Shown here: in pieces, positions 51,201-62,707 of the stretch
How positions within the stretch are numbered: the first letter of the stretch is position 1
Layout: each line of letters starts with the position of its first letter
Source: Macrostomum hystrix
Lineage: Eukaryota; Animalia; Platyhelminthes
Reading direction: 5' to 3'
Assembly (NCBI GenBank): GCA_950097015.1
Contig: CATNEN010000038.1
Location: 10,416,001 to 10,480,000 of the forward strand
Length of the DNA: 64,000 bases
Made by a program: the position numbers and the translations under genes
Notes under the pieces: generated by a model
Seen by the model: the letters and a program-made list of their open reading frames with translations, nothing else
Told to the model about the DNA's origin: nothing
The model's database searches: none

Positions 51201-54200
51201 TTCCATACTAACTTGACTAGCTGCAGCTCCTACTAACATTCCAGACAGTTCTCGAGGCAGTCCGGATAAAATCAATCCTGCTAAGATAAGGACAGCAACT
51301 GCCTGCGATTCCAGGAATACAGACTACCCGATTCCAGAAAATGTTGCTGCGATTCCAGACTACAGCTCCCGCTGCGATTCCAGAATACAGCTCCTGCTGC
51401 GATTCCAGAATACAGCTCCTGCTGCGATTCCAGAATACAGCTCCTGCTGCGATTCCAGAATACAGCTCCTGCTACGATTCCATACTAACTTGACTAGCTG
51501 CAGCTCCTACTAACATTCCAGACAGTTCTCGAGGCAGACCAGGTAAAATCAATCCTGCTAAGATAAGGACAGCAACTGCCTGCGATTCCAGGAATACAGA
51601 CTACCCGATTCCAGACTACAGCTCCCGCTGCGATTCCAGAATACAGCTCCTGCTGCGATTCCAGAATACAGCTCCTGCTGCGATTCCAGAATACAGCTCC
51701 TGCTGCGATTCCAGAATACAGCTCCTGCTGCGATTCCAGAATACAGCTCCTGCTGCGATTCCAGAATACAGCTCCCGCTGCGATTCCAGAATACAGCTCC
51801 TGCTACGATTCCATACTAACTTGACTAGCTGCAGCTCCTACTAACATTCCAGACAGTTCTCGAGGCAGACCAGGTAAAATCAATCCTGCTAAGATAAGGA
51901 CAGCAACTGCCTGCGATTCCAGGAATACAGACTACCCGATTCCAGAAAATGTTGCTGCGATTCCAGACTACAGCTCCCGCTGCGATTCCAGAATACAGCT
52001 CCTGTTGCGATTCCAGAATACAGACCCTGCTGCGATTCCAGAATACAGCTCCTGCTGCGATTCCAGAATACAGCTCCCGCTGCGATTCCAGAATACAGCT
52101 CCTGCTGCGATTCCAGAATACAGCTCCTGCTGCGATTCCAGACTTTAACTACTGCTAAATTGGAGCTGTGTGTATTGAAGGCAGATATTTCAGGTAGCTA
52201 TTGTTACAAAAATTACCTGATACTTGTCAATAGTGTAGAACTGATTCTGTTGCTGCTGCTGCTGCTGTTTAGCTGCCGAGTAAGCCTGAACTAGCAGTCT
52301 TTTGCGCACAGATGACAGATACTTGGCCAGTGCAAAGTAGCTCTCCTCCAGATCTTGGCCGGAGAACTCGGGCACCCGGCCCGGAAAGGTGACCCGATCG
52401 CGAAACTCCCTGGGCGCAATGGGATACATGGCCACCACATGCGTGGGATCAATGCTGAGCTGTTCGAGTAGGTCCAGAGACTCAGCGAATTGGCGCTGGC
52501 AGAACAAGTTGAAGGCGTAGTGACACTTCACCAGGGAGACGTCGATGTCGCGCAGCTCAGCGGCCCGGTCCGGATCCAACTGGGCAATCTCGTGCAGCCG
52601 GAGAGCCAACTCAAAGTCTCGCCGCTGGATAAGGGTTCGAATCTGGATCGATAGCGGGCGGGGATGCAGGCAGTAGACGGACTTGGCCGAGGCCGCGAAC
52701 AGTACGCCGCGATGCTGGCAGGCGGTGCGAAGACCCTGTTGAGGCGGCAATGTCAGGTGTAATTAGCCAATCAACTATCGATTCTAGGCCATGGGGATCA
52801 TCATTTGAACTCATGCACTCACGCGCTTATTCAGTTATGCGCATAATTTTTACATACTACTTGATTTAAATTATTAACAGTATTACGAGTATTACGAGTC
52901 ACTAAACCCAGTCACCAGAATGTTTATAGGCACACAAGTCCGATTGATTAGACTCAGATCAGACTCAGATGCCATGATAGATGATACAAATTGTTAAAGT
53001 GGAGTCGAGAATCGAACCCTTGACCTTTAAGTTGTGACAGACGCTTTAATCACTAGGCTAAAACCCTATTTTATTCTACTGTGTTTATTCTATAGGTGTA
53101 TTATGACCTCAGAAGCCATCCCAAAAGACCGCACACACTAGGAGGTGAGTAGCAGAGCGGTTTAACGCGTTTGTCTCTCGCACCAAGGTCCCTAAGCTCG
53201 AATCCGTGACGAGGCCACATTCATTTGCAGCCGTGGAGAGAAGGCTTGGGGGCTTGTCGTGCAATTTACGCCCTTGAGGTCCAACCCCCAAGGCACAGTG
53301 AGAGTGTACACTGCCTGACGATGAGAAAGTCTGGGCAGATGTACACACCTTTGAGACTTGACTTAGTCAAATAAGTCAAGACACACTTGTGTGAGTGTGT
53401 GCTCAGGAGTCAGTGGAATGAGCAGAATTTTCTCCTCGCTGGCTGCGGGTCTAGTGTCTCCTGCATTTATTATCATTATTACTACATAAGTAGCAGCCTC
53501 ACTGGAATATCCAGATTCTGCATTAGCGAAGTCCGTTGGTCGACGGTTCTGACTTCGATAAACTTGGCGCAGATGCCAATGAGAAACGGTGCCAGGTATT
53601 GCAGAAGCACCGGTCCCTCCGTCCAGGTGACCATCAGCGGGCCGTCGCTGCTCTTCTGACCGCGTCGACAGCGACCTTTCTCGTTGACGAACATCGTCTT
53701 GGAGTCCTTGGAGCACAGGGCCAGAGTGTTTCGCTCAACCTGAGCCATAACTGGGCCGACGGTGGCCGAGAATGGGAATAATTCCAGAATCTCCCCGTCA
53801 TCAACTCGGATGCGAAAGTAGTCAGTTTTCAAGGCTACGCACAGGGCTGACGGGCCGATCCAACTGACGGCTCTGGCAGCCGCTGGGAGAGCCAGTTCAG
53901 GCCGCAGTTCAGTGAACAGAGTGCCGCCAACTGGCCAGGTGTACAACAGCAGGCGCTGCTTCACGTGAACGCACAAGCGAAGTTCCCGACCGCCTCCGCC
54001 GCCGGAGTCAGCTAGTGAGCCTTCGTAACAGGCGAACAGAGAAGCGCCTCTGGTTTTGTCCAGCACGCTGAGCGCCTTCAACGTGTCCAGACTGTGCACA
54101 GACACTGTGCCATCGGACAGGCTAATGAGAAGCTTCAGCGGTACAATAGCCTCCAGCTGTTGAATTGGCCGCTTGGAGAATGATTTGTGAGACTTCAGCA

Positions 54201-55878
54201 GCTGAATAGAGGGACATTTGTCTAGGCCGGAGATTGAATAGTTCAACAGGTGGCCCTGTGGTGGAGATTCCGTGGTTAAAATATGCTCGATGAGTGAGGA
54301 TTGAGGAAGGGAAGTTTAATGCATCAATCGATCACCCAGTGGTGTTCAGTGATTTGGTGAGTGACTCACCAATCACCAATTTGAATGGTGATTGAATGAC
54401 TCACTATGGACAACAACATGCTCATTCGGTGGGTCATTGAGAATCACTGAGTGGGTCCTTGGATGGGTCATTAAATAGGTCGTTTAGAGAGTCAAGGTGG
54501 ATAATCAGGAGATTAGGTCACCGATTAGGTTATTAGGAGAGTCACTTAGTAGGTCATAGAGCCACTAAGTAGGTCATTAAAAGAGTCACTATGGTCATGA
54601 GGAAAGTTACTAAGTAGGTCATGAGGAAAGTTACTAAGTAGGTCATTAGGAGAGTTACTAAGTAGGTCATTAGGAGAGTTACTAAGTAGGTCATGAGGAA
54701 AGTTACTAAGTAGGTCATGAGGAAAGTTACTAAGTAGGTCATTAGAAGAGTTACTAAGTAGGTCATTAGAAGAGTTACTAAGTAGGTCATTAGAAGAGTT
54801 ACTAAGTAGATCATTAGAATAGTTACTAAGTAGGTCATTAGAAGAGTTACTAAGTAGGTCATGAGAAGAGTTACTAAGTAGGTCATTAGAAGAGTTACTA
54901 AGTAGATCATTAGAAGAGTTACTAAGTAGGTCATGAGAAGAGTTACTAAGTAGGTCATTAGAAGAGTTACTAAGTAGGTCATTAGAAGAGTTACTAAGTA
55001 GGTCATTAGAAGAGTTACTAAGTAGGTCATTAGAAGAGTTACTAAGTAGGTCATTAGAAGAGTTACTAAGTAGATCATTAGAAGAGTTACTAAGTAGGTC
55101 ATTAGAAGAGTTACTAAGTAGGTCATTAGAAGAGTTACTAAGTAGGTCATTAGAAGAGTTACTAAGTAGGTCATTAGAAGAGTTACTAAGTAGGTCATTA
55201 GGAGAGTTACTAAGTAGATCATTAGAAGAGTTACTAAGTAGGTCATGAGAAGAGTTACTAAGTAGGTCATTAGAAGAGTTACTAAGTAGGTCATTAGAAG
55301 AGTTACTAAGTAGGTCATTAGAAGAGTTACTAAGTAGGTCATTAGAAGAGTTACTAAGTAGATCATTAGAAGAGTTACTAAGTAGATCATTAGAAGAGTT
55401 ACTAAGTAGGTCATTAGAAGAGTCAATGAGTAGGTCATTAGAAGAGTTACTAAGTAGGTCATTAGAAGAGTTACTAAGTAGGTCATTAGAAGAGTCAATG
55501 AGTAGGTCATTAGAAGAGTTACTAAGTAGGTCATTAGAAGAGTCAATGAGTAGGTCATTAGAAGAGTTACTAAGTAGGTCATTAGAAGAGTTACTAAGTA
55601 GGTCATTAGAAGAGTTACTAAGTAGGTCATTAGAAGAGTCAATGAGTAGGCTATTAAGCCATTTTTGGGGTTTTGAGAGTCATTGAGTAGGTCATTGAAT
55701 GGGTCATTAGGGGAGCAATTTAGTGAGTTTTTCAAAGTGATTAGCAGAGAGTAATTTATCAGCTCACCTGGTTGGTGCCAACCAACAGGGTGGGTCCGCA
55801 ATAAGCCACGCATTCAATCTGCAGTGGCAAATTGTGCAGAATTGTGACCGCCTCGAATGGCTCGTAGTTTTCCAACAT
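48206..55878 (-). CDS. VPS39: Vam6/Vps39-like HOPS subunit, 6 exons, ~893 aa
   Basis: Exons 55878-55768, 54255-53503, 52735-52217, 51168-50881, 50031-49432, 48616-48206 (all GT-AG, phase 0). CNH-type N-terminus (LPLQIEC...LLVGT.QGHLL.Y; SFSKRPIQQL), VDTSLLKCYL...ENYC, and a C-terminal zinc finger CSVCNNRIGASAFARFP...HYGC. Confidence 0.95.
48835..49359. mobile_element. Second copy of the TTAA-flanked MITE, inverted, in VPS39 intron 5
   Basis: Reverse-complement similarity to 35697-36290 (CTATGGACACCCTGACGCGAATTTCTC, TTAGGCGCAGCT, TATAAAACGGGCGG); ends ...GGTAGCCCAACTG-TTAA. Confidence 0.78.
50045..50285 (-). mobile_element. SINE family B, diverged, in VPS39 intron 4
   Basis: Reverse complement of the family B body (TTTCTCATCGTC...CACTGTGCCTT...GAATGTGGCCTCGCCG). 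Confidence 0.75.
50380..50810. repeat. Degenerate ~29-bp minisatellite (CCCTAAATCCCATCCGACTAGATCCCAATGG)
   Basis: Tandem copies in VPS39 intron 4. Confidence 0.85.
51190..52145. repeat. Nested repeat in VPS39 intron 3: three copies of a ~140-bp block, each followed by a 25-bp (GATTCCAGAATACAGCTCCTGCTGC)n run
   Basis: The block CTACGATTCCATACTAACTTGACTAGC... begins near 51195, 51472 and 51803. Confidence 0.9.
52990..53066 (-). mobile_element. SINE family A head fragment in VPS39 intron 2
   Basis: GTGGAGTCGAGAATCGAACCC...CACTAGGCTA. Confidence 0.65.
53140..53480 (+). mobile_element. SINE family B copy in VPS39 intron 2
   Basis: Colinear with 22846-23218, with an internal rearrangement. Confidence 0.8.
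54540..55700. repeat. 24-bp minisatellite (AAGTAGGTCATTAGAAGAGTTACT)n in VPS39 intron 1
   Basis: Tandem copies seen directly. Confidence 0.94.
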
Positions 55879-56654
55879 CACATGACTCTGACAAGGGTCC
55901 GGCTGACTGCAAAGAGCATATTTGTACAGGGGACGTACATTATCGCTTCCTATTAAATGATACATACTTTATAGAAATACTAAACTGTCAGTATAGGTCG
56001 GGAGTTCGAATTTTAATCTAAGGAAAACAACTTGAGTATAACTGAGATAGACCAGCATTGGTGCTTGGTAGAATTTTGGGATTGTTCCCCCCCCCAAGTC
56101 CATAGACATGGCTGTACACTTGCTGTACATTGGCTGTATACTGGCTGTACATTTAAATGATAATTCAAACCTCATCAAAATGAAAAAGAAAAAATTGAAG
56201 ACAAACAACAAGAGAAAGTAATTGTACTGAATTTCTTATTTAGCAGACCTGGTCACAATTCAGACAATACTACTCGCAGTAGAGTAAGGCAAAGCATGCA
56301 CAAATCTAAATTATGAAAGACAAACATCAATAAACATAAATAAATGAAATATTAGGAAAATGGATAGTTAATAAGCTAAACTATAGTCAAAATTCTAATT
56401 ATTTTCCAACAAATAATAGTTCTCTGAATTTAATAAAGCTGAATAATGACAGATTGCACAATACACCGAGTGTGATAAAGTCTAAAGCATTGACGAAAAT
56501 AGAGCAAAGCATACACAAAACTTTAGATTCAATTATTAATGACGACAATTTACAAGCAACACAAACAATAGAGAAAATTTTGTTGTTTTTTTAAACCAAC
56601 TCAACAAACACATGATTTCCCAAAGCGAAGATAGCTTAGTAGCTTAGTAAGATA

Positions 56655-57085
56655 GAGCTTAGCAACTGCCTTGTTGCTAAGCACAAGACACAAGCCGCTT
56701 AGCAACTGCCTAGCAACCACAAGATACATGCAGCTTAGCAACTGCATAGCAACCACAAGATACAAGCCGCTTAGCAACTGCATAGCAACCACAAGATACA
56801 AGCCGCTTAGCAACTGCATAGCAACCACAAGATACAAGCCGCTTAGCAACTGCATAGCAACCACAAGATACAAGCCGCTTAGCAACTGCCTAGCAACCAC
56901 AAGATACAAGCCGCTTAGCAACTGCATAGCAACCACAAGATACAAGCCGCTTAGCAACTGCATAGCAACCACAAGATACAAGCCGCTTAGCAACTGCCTA
57001 GCAACCACAAGATACAAGCCGCTTAGCAACTGCATAGCAACCACAAGATACAAGCCGCTTAGCAACTGCCTAGCAACCACAAGGT
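56655..57085. repeat. 36-bp minisatellite (CAAGATACAAGCCGCTTAGCAACTGCATAGCAACCA)n between TBC1D20 and VPS39
   Basis: Tandem copies seen directly. Confidence 0.92.
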
Positions 57086-57348
57086 CATGTAACTTTGCAA
57101 CTGCATCGCAAAAAATAGATAGCTATGCAACCACTAGGTAGGTTAGGAACTAACCAGTAGCCAACAGCTAGCAACAAGACATCGCTTAGAACCTGACCCT
57201 AGCAACTGATTAAGAAAAACTTTTTAACAAATACAAACATATATATCTACCACAGCCTTGAAGATTAAGTAGCTATAACTAATTGGATCATTTGGAAGAC
57301 AACAAATTTAGATGTGTATCGATTAATTGACGCAAACAAAATAATAAT

Positions 57349-59866
57349 TTAACCAATCAGATACGCATAGAGCACAGCCAACAATGCCACAATAATCGTG
57401 AGCAGCATTAGAAGGGCCCGACGAGACCGCATCATATGCGGCAGGCTAACCTGAGCTTTGACAATCAGCATGCCGAGCTTAGATCTAGGCTTCTGCTTAC
57501 CGCCAGCCTGTTCAAACAATTTCAGATCGTCAAACCAGGAAGGCGATTGTACAGTGTCCGGCGGATGCAGGATGAACAGGCGGCAGGCCTCCGAGATGAC
57601 CGTCTCCAACTGAATGGCGCCGCTGTTGGGAATGTTGGCCAGGCAGGAGTGCACAACGGCGAAGTCTAGATCTTCGGCTGGCATCGAGAGCAGCCGGTCC
57701 TGAGCAGGGAAATACAGGTAATTGTAGGTATTCAAAGCGATGCGACATAACACACTGCTATAACTGACACACTGCCTGACTGGGTGATGGGTGAGATCTG
57801 ACACACTGCCTGGCTGACTGAGTGATGGGTGAGATCTGACACACTGCCTGACTGGGTGATGGGTGAGATCTGACACACTGCCTGACTGGGTGATGGGTGA
57901 GATCTGACACACTGCCTGACTGGGTGATGGGTGAGATCTGACACACTGCCTGGCTGACTGGGTGATGGGTGAGATCTGACACACTGCCTGACTGGGTGAT
58001 GGGTGAGATCTGACACACTGCCTGGCTGGGTGATGGGTGAGATCTGACACACTGCCTGGCTGACTGGGTGATGGGTGAGATCTGACACACTGCCTGACTG
58101 GGTGATGGGTGAGATCTGACACACTGCCTGACTGGGTGATGGGTGAGATCTGACACACTGCCTGGCTGACTGGGTGATGGGTGAGATCTGACACACTCCC
58201 AGACTGGGTGATGGGTGAGATCTGACACACTGCCTGACTGGGTGATGGGTGAGATCTGACACACTGCCTGACTGGGTGGGTGATGGTGAGATCTGACACA
58301 CTGCCTGACTGGGTGATGGGTGAGATCTGACACACTGCCTGGCTGACTGAGTGATGGGTGAGATCTGACCAAGCTCGTAAATGTGACTGAATCTGTAATG
58401 ATTTTACCTGTTTATGCAGTACCAGGGCGGCACTAAAGTACAATGGCATCAGCGGATGACTAGCCAAAAAGAAGTCGTACAGCCGCAGGATGGCGTCCAG
58501 GTCGTCTAGCACGTGTCCAAACCAGGTGATGACCCAGGCCACGGAGAATGCCGGCGGAACTTCGTGCTTTTCAATGAGGTCGGCAACGCGTTTTCCGCGA
58601 GGATCCTAATGGTCGAGTGGAATGATTAAATGGTGTGGTAAATCCGCGGGAAATCCGCAGTAAATCCATAACTAACGTTGAAAAAGATAGCATACCTTGC
58701 TTAGAAGCATCGGAACCAGCTTCAATAGTTCAGTGGTGACAGCCATACTCGGATACAAATGCTCGCGTAGGTGACTTTTAGAGACGGATTCCACAACGTT
58801 GAAGGCTTGCCGACCATCCAACACTAGCAGGAATGTGATCACAATGTCGTGATAGCCCTGATAATAGTGCAGATTAGAATTGGCGTACAGCACTCGCATG
58901 ATTGTTTCAACCAGCTGGTCCTGATAGGACAGGCGCACCTGTTCGTCCATGCCCGGCGGAAACCGCTTCAAAGACCGTTCAACGTCGAGCACCACCTTGC
59001 GGCGAATGAGCGGGTTGAGAAGGGATTAACTTTATTGATTGAGACTTAAAATGACTAGAATCTTACCGCGAGATTTTATTCTTACGCCCTTTGTCGGGAT
59101 TTTTTCTAGTGATCGTACGATGGGACTTCACTCAATAAATTGGTATTTTACTTAATCTTAAAGACATTTTATTTAATCCAAAATGGAATTTTAACAAAAT
59201 AATCCTAATAATAATAATAATAACTGCAGGAGGCCTGCAAGCAATGACACAACATTAGTGACACTAGACCTGCACCCAGCGAGGAGGCGAATTCGCTGAA
59301 TCCTGAGCATACACGCACACAGATACTGTACGCAGGTACATGCTCATACAAGGGGGTACATCTGCCCTGACTTTCTCATCGTCAGGCAGTTGTACACTCT
59401 CACTGTGCCTTGGAGTTTGGACTTGGACCTCAAGGGCGTAAATTGCACGACAAGCCCCCAAACAAGGCCTCGCCGCGTAACCATACCGAAGATCCTGGGT
59501 ATGGATTGAAATTCCATAATCCGATTTTAATGCCCACCTCACCTGATTATAGTCCGGGTGGCGGCGCAACTGTTTCATGGTAGGCGCAGGTGGCTCAGGC
59601 TTGTCAGCCACGCCAGTCAGCAGCGGCCAGACCTGCCTACGCAGCTCATTGGAGGCCAGGCCGTACCGCTCGATGGCCAAACAGCGCAGGGCGTCGACGT
59701 CGACCCCGGCACGAGCAACTCCGGCGCCGTCGACGCTACTCGAAGTCGAGGCGAGAAGAACCTCGCGAACTCGGTCGGCTTTCCGGCGTCGAAACGTTGC
59801 CAGCAGGGCGAGGGCCGAGGATGCGTCGGAGTCGGCGGTAGTGTGATCAGTGGCCAGGGCTGGCAT
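57349..59866 (-). CDS. TBC1D20: TBC1 domain family member 20 (Rab GAP), 4 exons, ~390 aa
   Basis: Exons 59866-59543, 58995-58696, 58605-58408, 57699-57349. GLASNELRRQVWPLL, DYNQVVLDVERSLKRFPPG (Arg finger), LHYYQGYHDI (Gln finger), WVITWFGHVL...RLYDFFLASHPLMPLY, and a C-terminal TM anchor. Confidence 0.95.
57762..58370. repeat. 34/38-bp minisatellite (GAGATCTGACACACTGCCTGACTGGGTGATGGGT)n in TBC1D20 intron 3
   Basis: Tandem copies seen directly. Confidence 0.93.
59205..59475 (-). mobile_element. SINE family B, 5'-truncated, in TBC1D20 intron 1
   Basis: Reverse complement of the family B body with a (TAA)n tail at ~59207-59223. Confidence 0.8.
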
Positions 59867-60169
59867 GGCTTGCTAGTTTCTATGCTTTTTCTAGCCGATT
59901 TTTAATGACCTTGGTAGCTGTTACGCACCGGCGAGAAGCTTTGTAGCTATGGAGTAGGAATTAGAGAGGTTTGTGCTCAAAAAGGACCTTTGAGACGCTA
60001 TCAATTAGATAATGAAAACGCAACAGTGAACCACCTATCTACACTTGGAAATCTGGGAAAACTTGTGATCTGACAGATGATCCAAAAAATGAAATATTAG
60101 CCCGATGATCTGGGAACATCAAGAAATAACTCAACACTCTGGGATAAATAATGTCTAAGATAAAGTATT

Positions 60170-62155
60170 AATCTGAGGATCTGGGAAGCCAGAGGATAAT
60201 CTGAGGATCTAGGAAAATAAAAGGATAATCTTAGGATCTGGGAAGATAGGAGGATAATCTGCGGATCTTGGAAGATAGAGGATAATCTGCGGATCTGGGA
60301 AGATAGGAGGATAATCTGCGGATCTGGGAAGATAGGAGGATAATCTGCGGATCTGGGAAGATAGGAGGATAATCTGAGGATCTGGGAAGATAGGAGGATA
60401 ATCTGAGGATCTGGGAAGATAGAGGATAATCTGCGGATCTGGGAAGATAGGAGGATAATCTGAGGATCTGGGAAGATAGGAGGATAATCTGCGGATCTGG
60501 GAAGATAAACGATAATCTGAGGATCTGGGAAGATTGAGGATAATCTGAGGATCTGGGAAGATAGAGGATAATCTGAGGATCTAGGAAAATAAAAGGATAA
60601 TCTTAGGATCTGGGAAGATAGGAGGATAATCTGCGGATCTTGGAAGATAGAGGATAATCTGCGGATCTGGGAAGATAGGAGGATAATCTGCGGATCTGGG
60701 AAGATAGGAGGATAATCTGCGGATCTGGGAAGATAGGAGGATAATCTGAGGATCTGGGAAGATAGGAGGATAATCTGAGGATCTGGGAAGATAGAGGATA
60801 ATCTGCGGATCTGGGAAGATAGGAGGATAATCTGAGGATCTGGGAAGATAGGAGGATAATCTGCGGATCTGGGAAGATAAACGATAATCTGAGGATCTGG
60901 GAAGATAGAGGATAATCTGAGGATCTGGGAAGATAGAGGATAATCTGAGGATCTGGGAAGATAGAGGATAATCTGCGGATCTTGGAAGATAGGAGGATAA
61001 TCTGCGGATCTGGGAAGATAGGAGGATAATCTGAGGATCTGGGAAGATAGAGGATAATCTGCGGATCTGGGAAGATAGGAGGATAATCTGAGGATCTGGG
61101 AAGATAGGAGGATAATCTGCGGATCTGGGAAGATAAACGATAATCTGAGGATCTGGGAAGATAGAGGATAATCTGAGGATCTGGGAAGATAGAGGATAAT
61201 CTGAGGATCTGGGAAGATAGAGGATAATCTGCGGATCTTGGAAGATAGGAGGATAATCTGCGGATCTGGGAAGATAGGAGGATAATCTGCGGATCTGGGA
61301 AGATAGGAGGATAATCTGCGGATCTGGGAAGATAGGAGGATAATCTGAGGATCTGGGAAGATAGGAGGATAATCTGCGGATCTGGGAAGATAAACGATAA
61401 TCTGAGGATCTGGGAAGATAGAGGATAATCTGAGGATCTGGGAAGATAGAGGATAATCTGAGGATCTGGGAAGATAGAGGATAATCTGCGGATCTTGGAA
61501 GATAGGAGGATAATCTGAGGATCTGGGAAGATAGGAGGATAATCTGCGGATCTGGGAAGATAAACGATAATCTGAGGATCTGGGAAGATAGAGGATAATC
61601 TGAGGATCTGGGAAGATAGAGGATAATCTGAGGATCTGGGAAGATAGAGGATAATCTGCGGATCTTGGAAGATAGGAGGATAATCTGCGGATCTGGGAAG
61701 ATAGGAGGATAATCTGCGGATCTGGGAAGATAGGAGGATAATCTGCGGATCTGGGAAGATAGGAGGATAATCTGAGGATCTGGGAAGATAGGAGGATAAT
61801 CTGCGGATCTGGGAAGATAAACGATAATCTGAGGATCTGGGAAGATAGAGGATAATCTGAGGATCTGGGAAGATAGAGGATAATCTGAGGATCTGGGAAG
61901 ATAGAGGATAATCTGCGGATCTTGGAAGATAGGAGGATAATCTGCGGATCTGGGAAGATAGGAGGATAATCTGCGGATCTGGGAAGATTGGAGGATAATC
62001 TGCGGATCTGGGAAGATAGGAGGATAATCTGCGGATCTGGGAAGATAGACGATAATCTGAGGATCTAGGAAAATAAAATGATAATCTGAGAATCTGGGAA
62101 CATAAAAGGATAATCTGAGGATCTGGGAAGATAAAAGAATAATCCGAGGATAACC
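60170..62155. repeat. 28-29-bp minisatellite (GGATAATCTGAGGATCTGGGAAGATAGGA)n upstream of TBC1D20
   Basis: Tandem copies with higher-order blocks. Confidence 0.95.
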
Positions 62156-62707
62156 GAAGAGTGAAACATTAAAGATCAAGTACCTGAATAGAACATGACA
62201 AGCGCTGGCATACCATCAATCAAATACAAATAAAGAACTTATAAAAAAACGAAACATTTCAACAGCTGATATAAGTTCACTGATTTTGGAATATTTATTT
62301 TACAATAAATTAAATGTTCCGTGCAACCGAATATGTCAGTTGGTATCGTCATATTGCTTTACAACTTACAAACCGACTTTGCGCAATTTATATGAGTTTT
62401 AATTAAGAGTCATAATTAACAATGCAACTAGATCAACACAAGAGGCCCCAGATGATCAAGCCAATGTCGAGACAAAATACGTTCCAAAAGGCGCCATCAG
62501 AAGTTAATAAATATAAGTTCACATCATATGTAGATGAAACATCCAATATGCATTTTATGTACAGCAGAGGATGATAAACAGCATCATGACTCAGTGTTGA
62601 ATGACGAAAACAAAAAACATGGCTATTTTTATCGCATGATTTTACTTTATATTAAGGAAACTTTTTCTAATTAACCAGCATACAAATAATAGTACTTCGT
62701 CAGCAAA

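Noticed and set aside
51190-52145. Repeat-spacer appearance suggesting a CRISPR array
   Set aside because: The 'spacers' are copies of each other, the context is a eukaryotic intron, and there are no cas genes.
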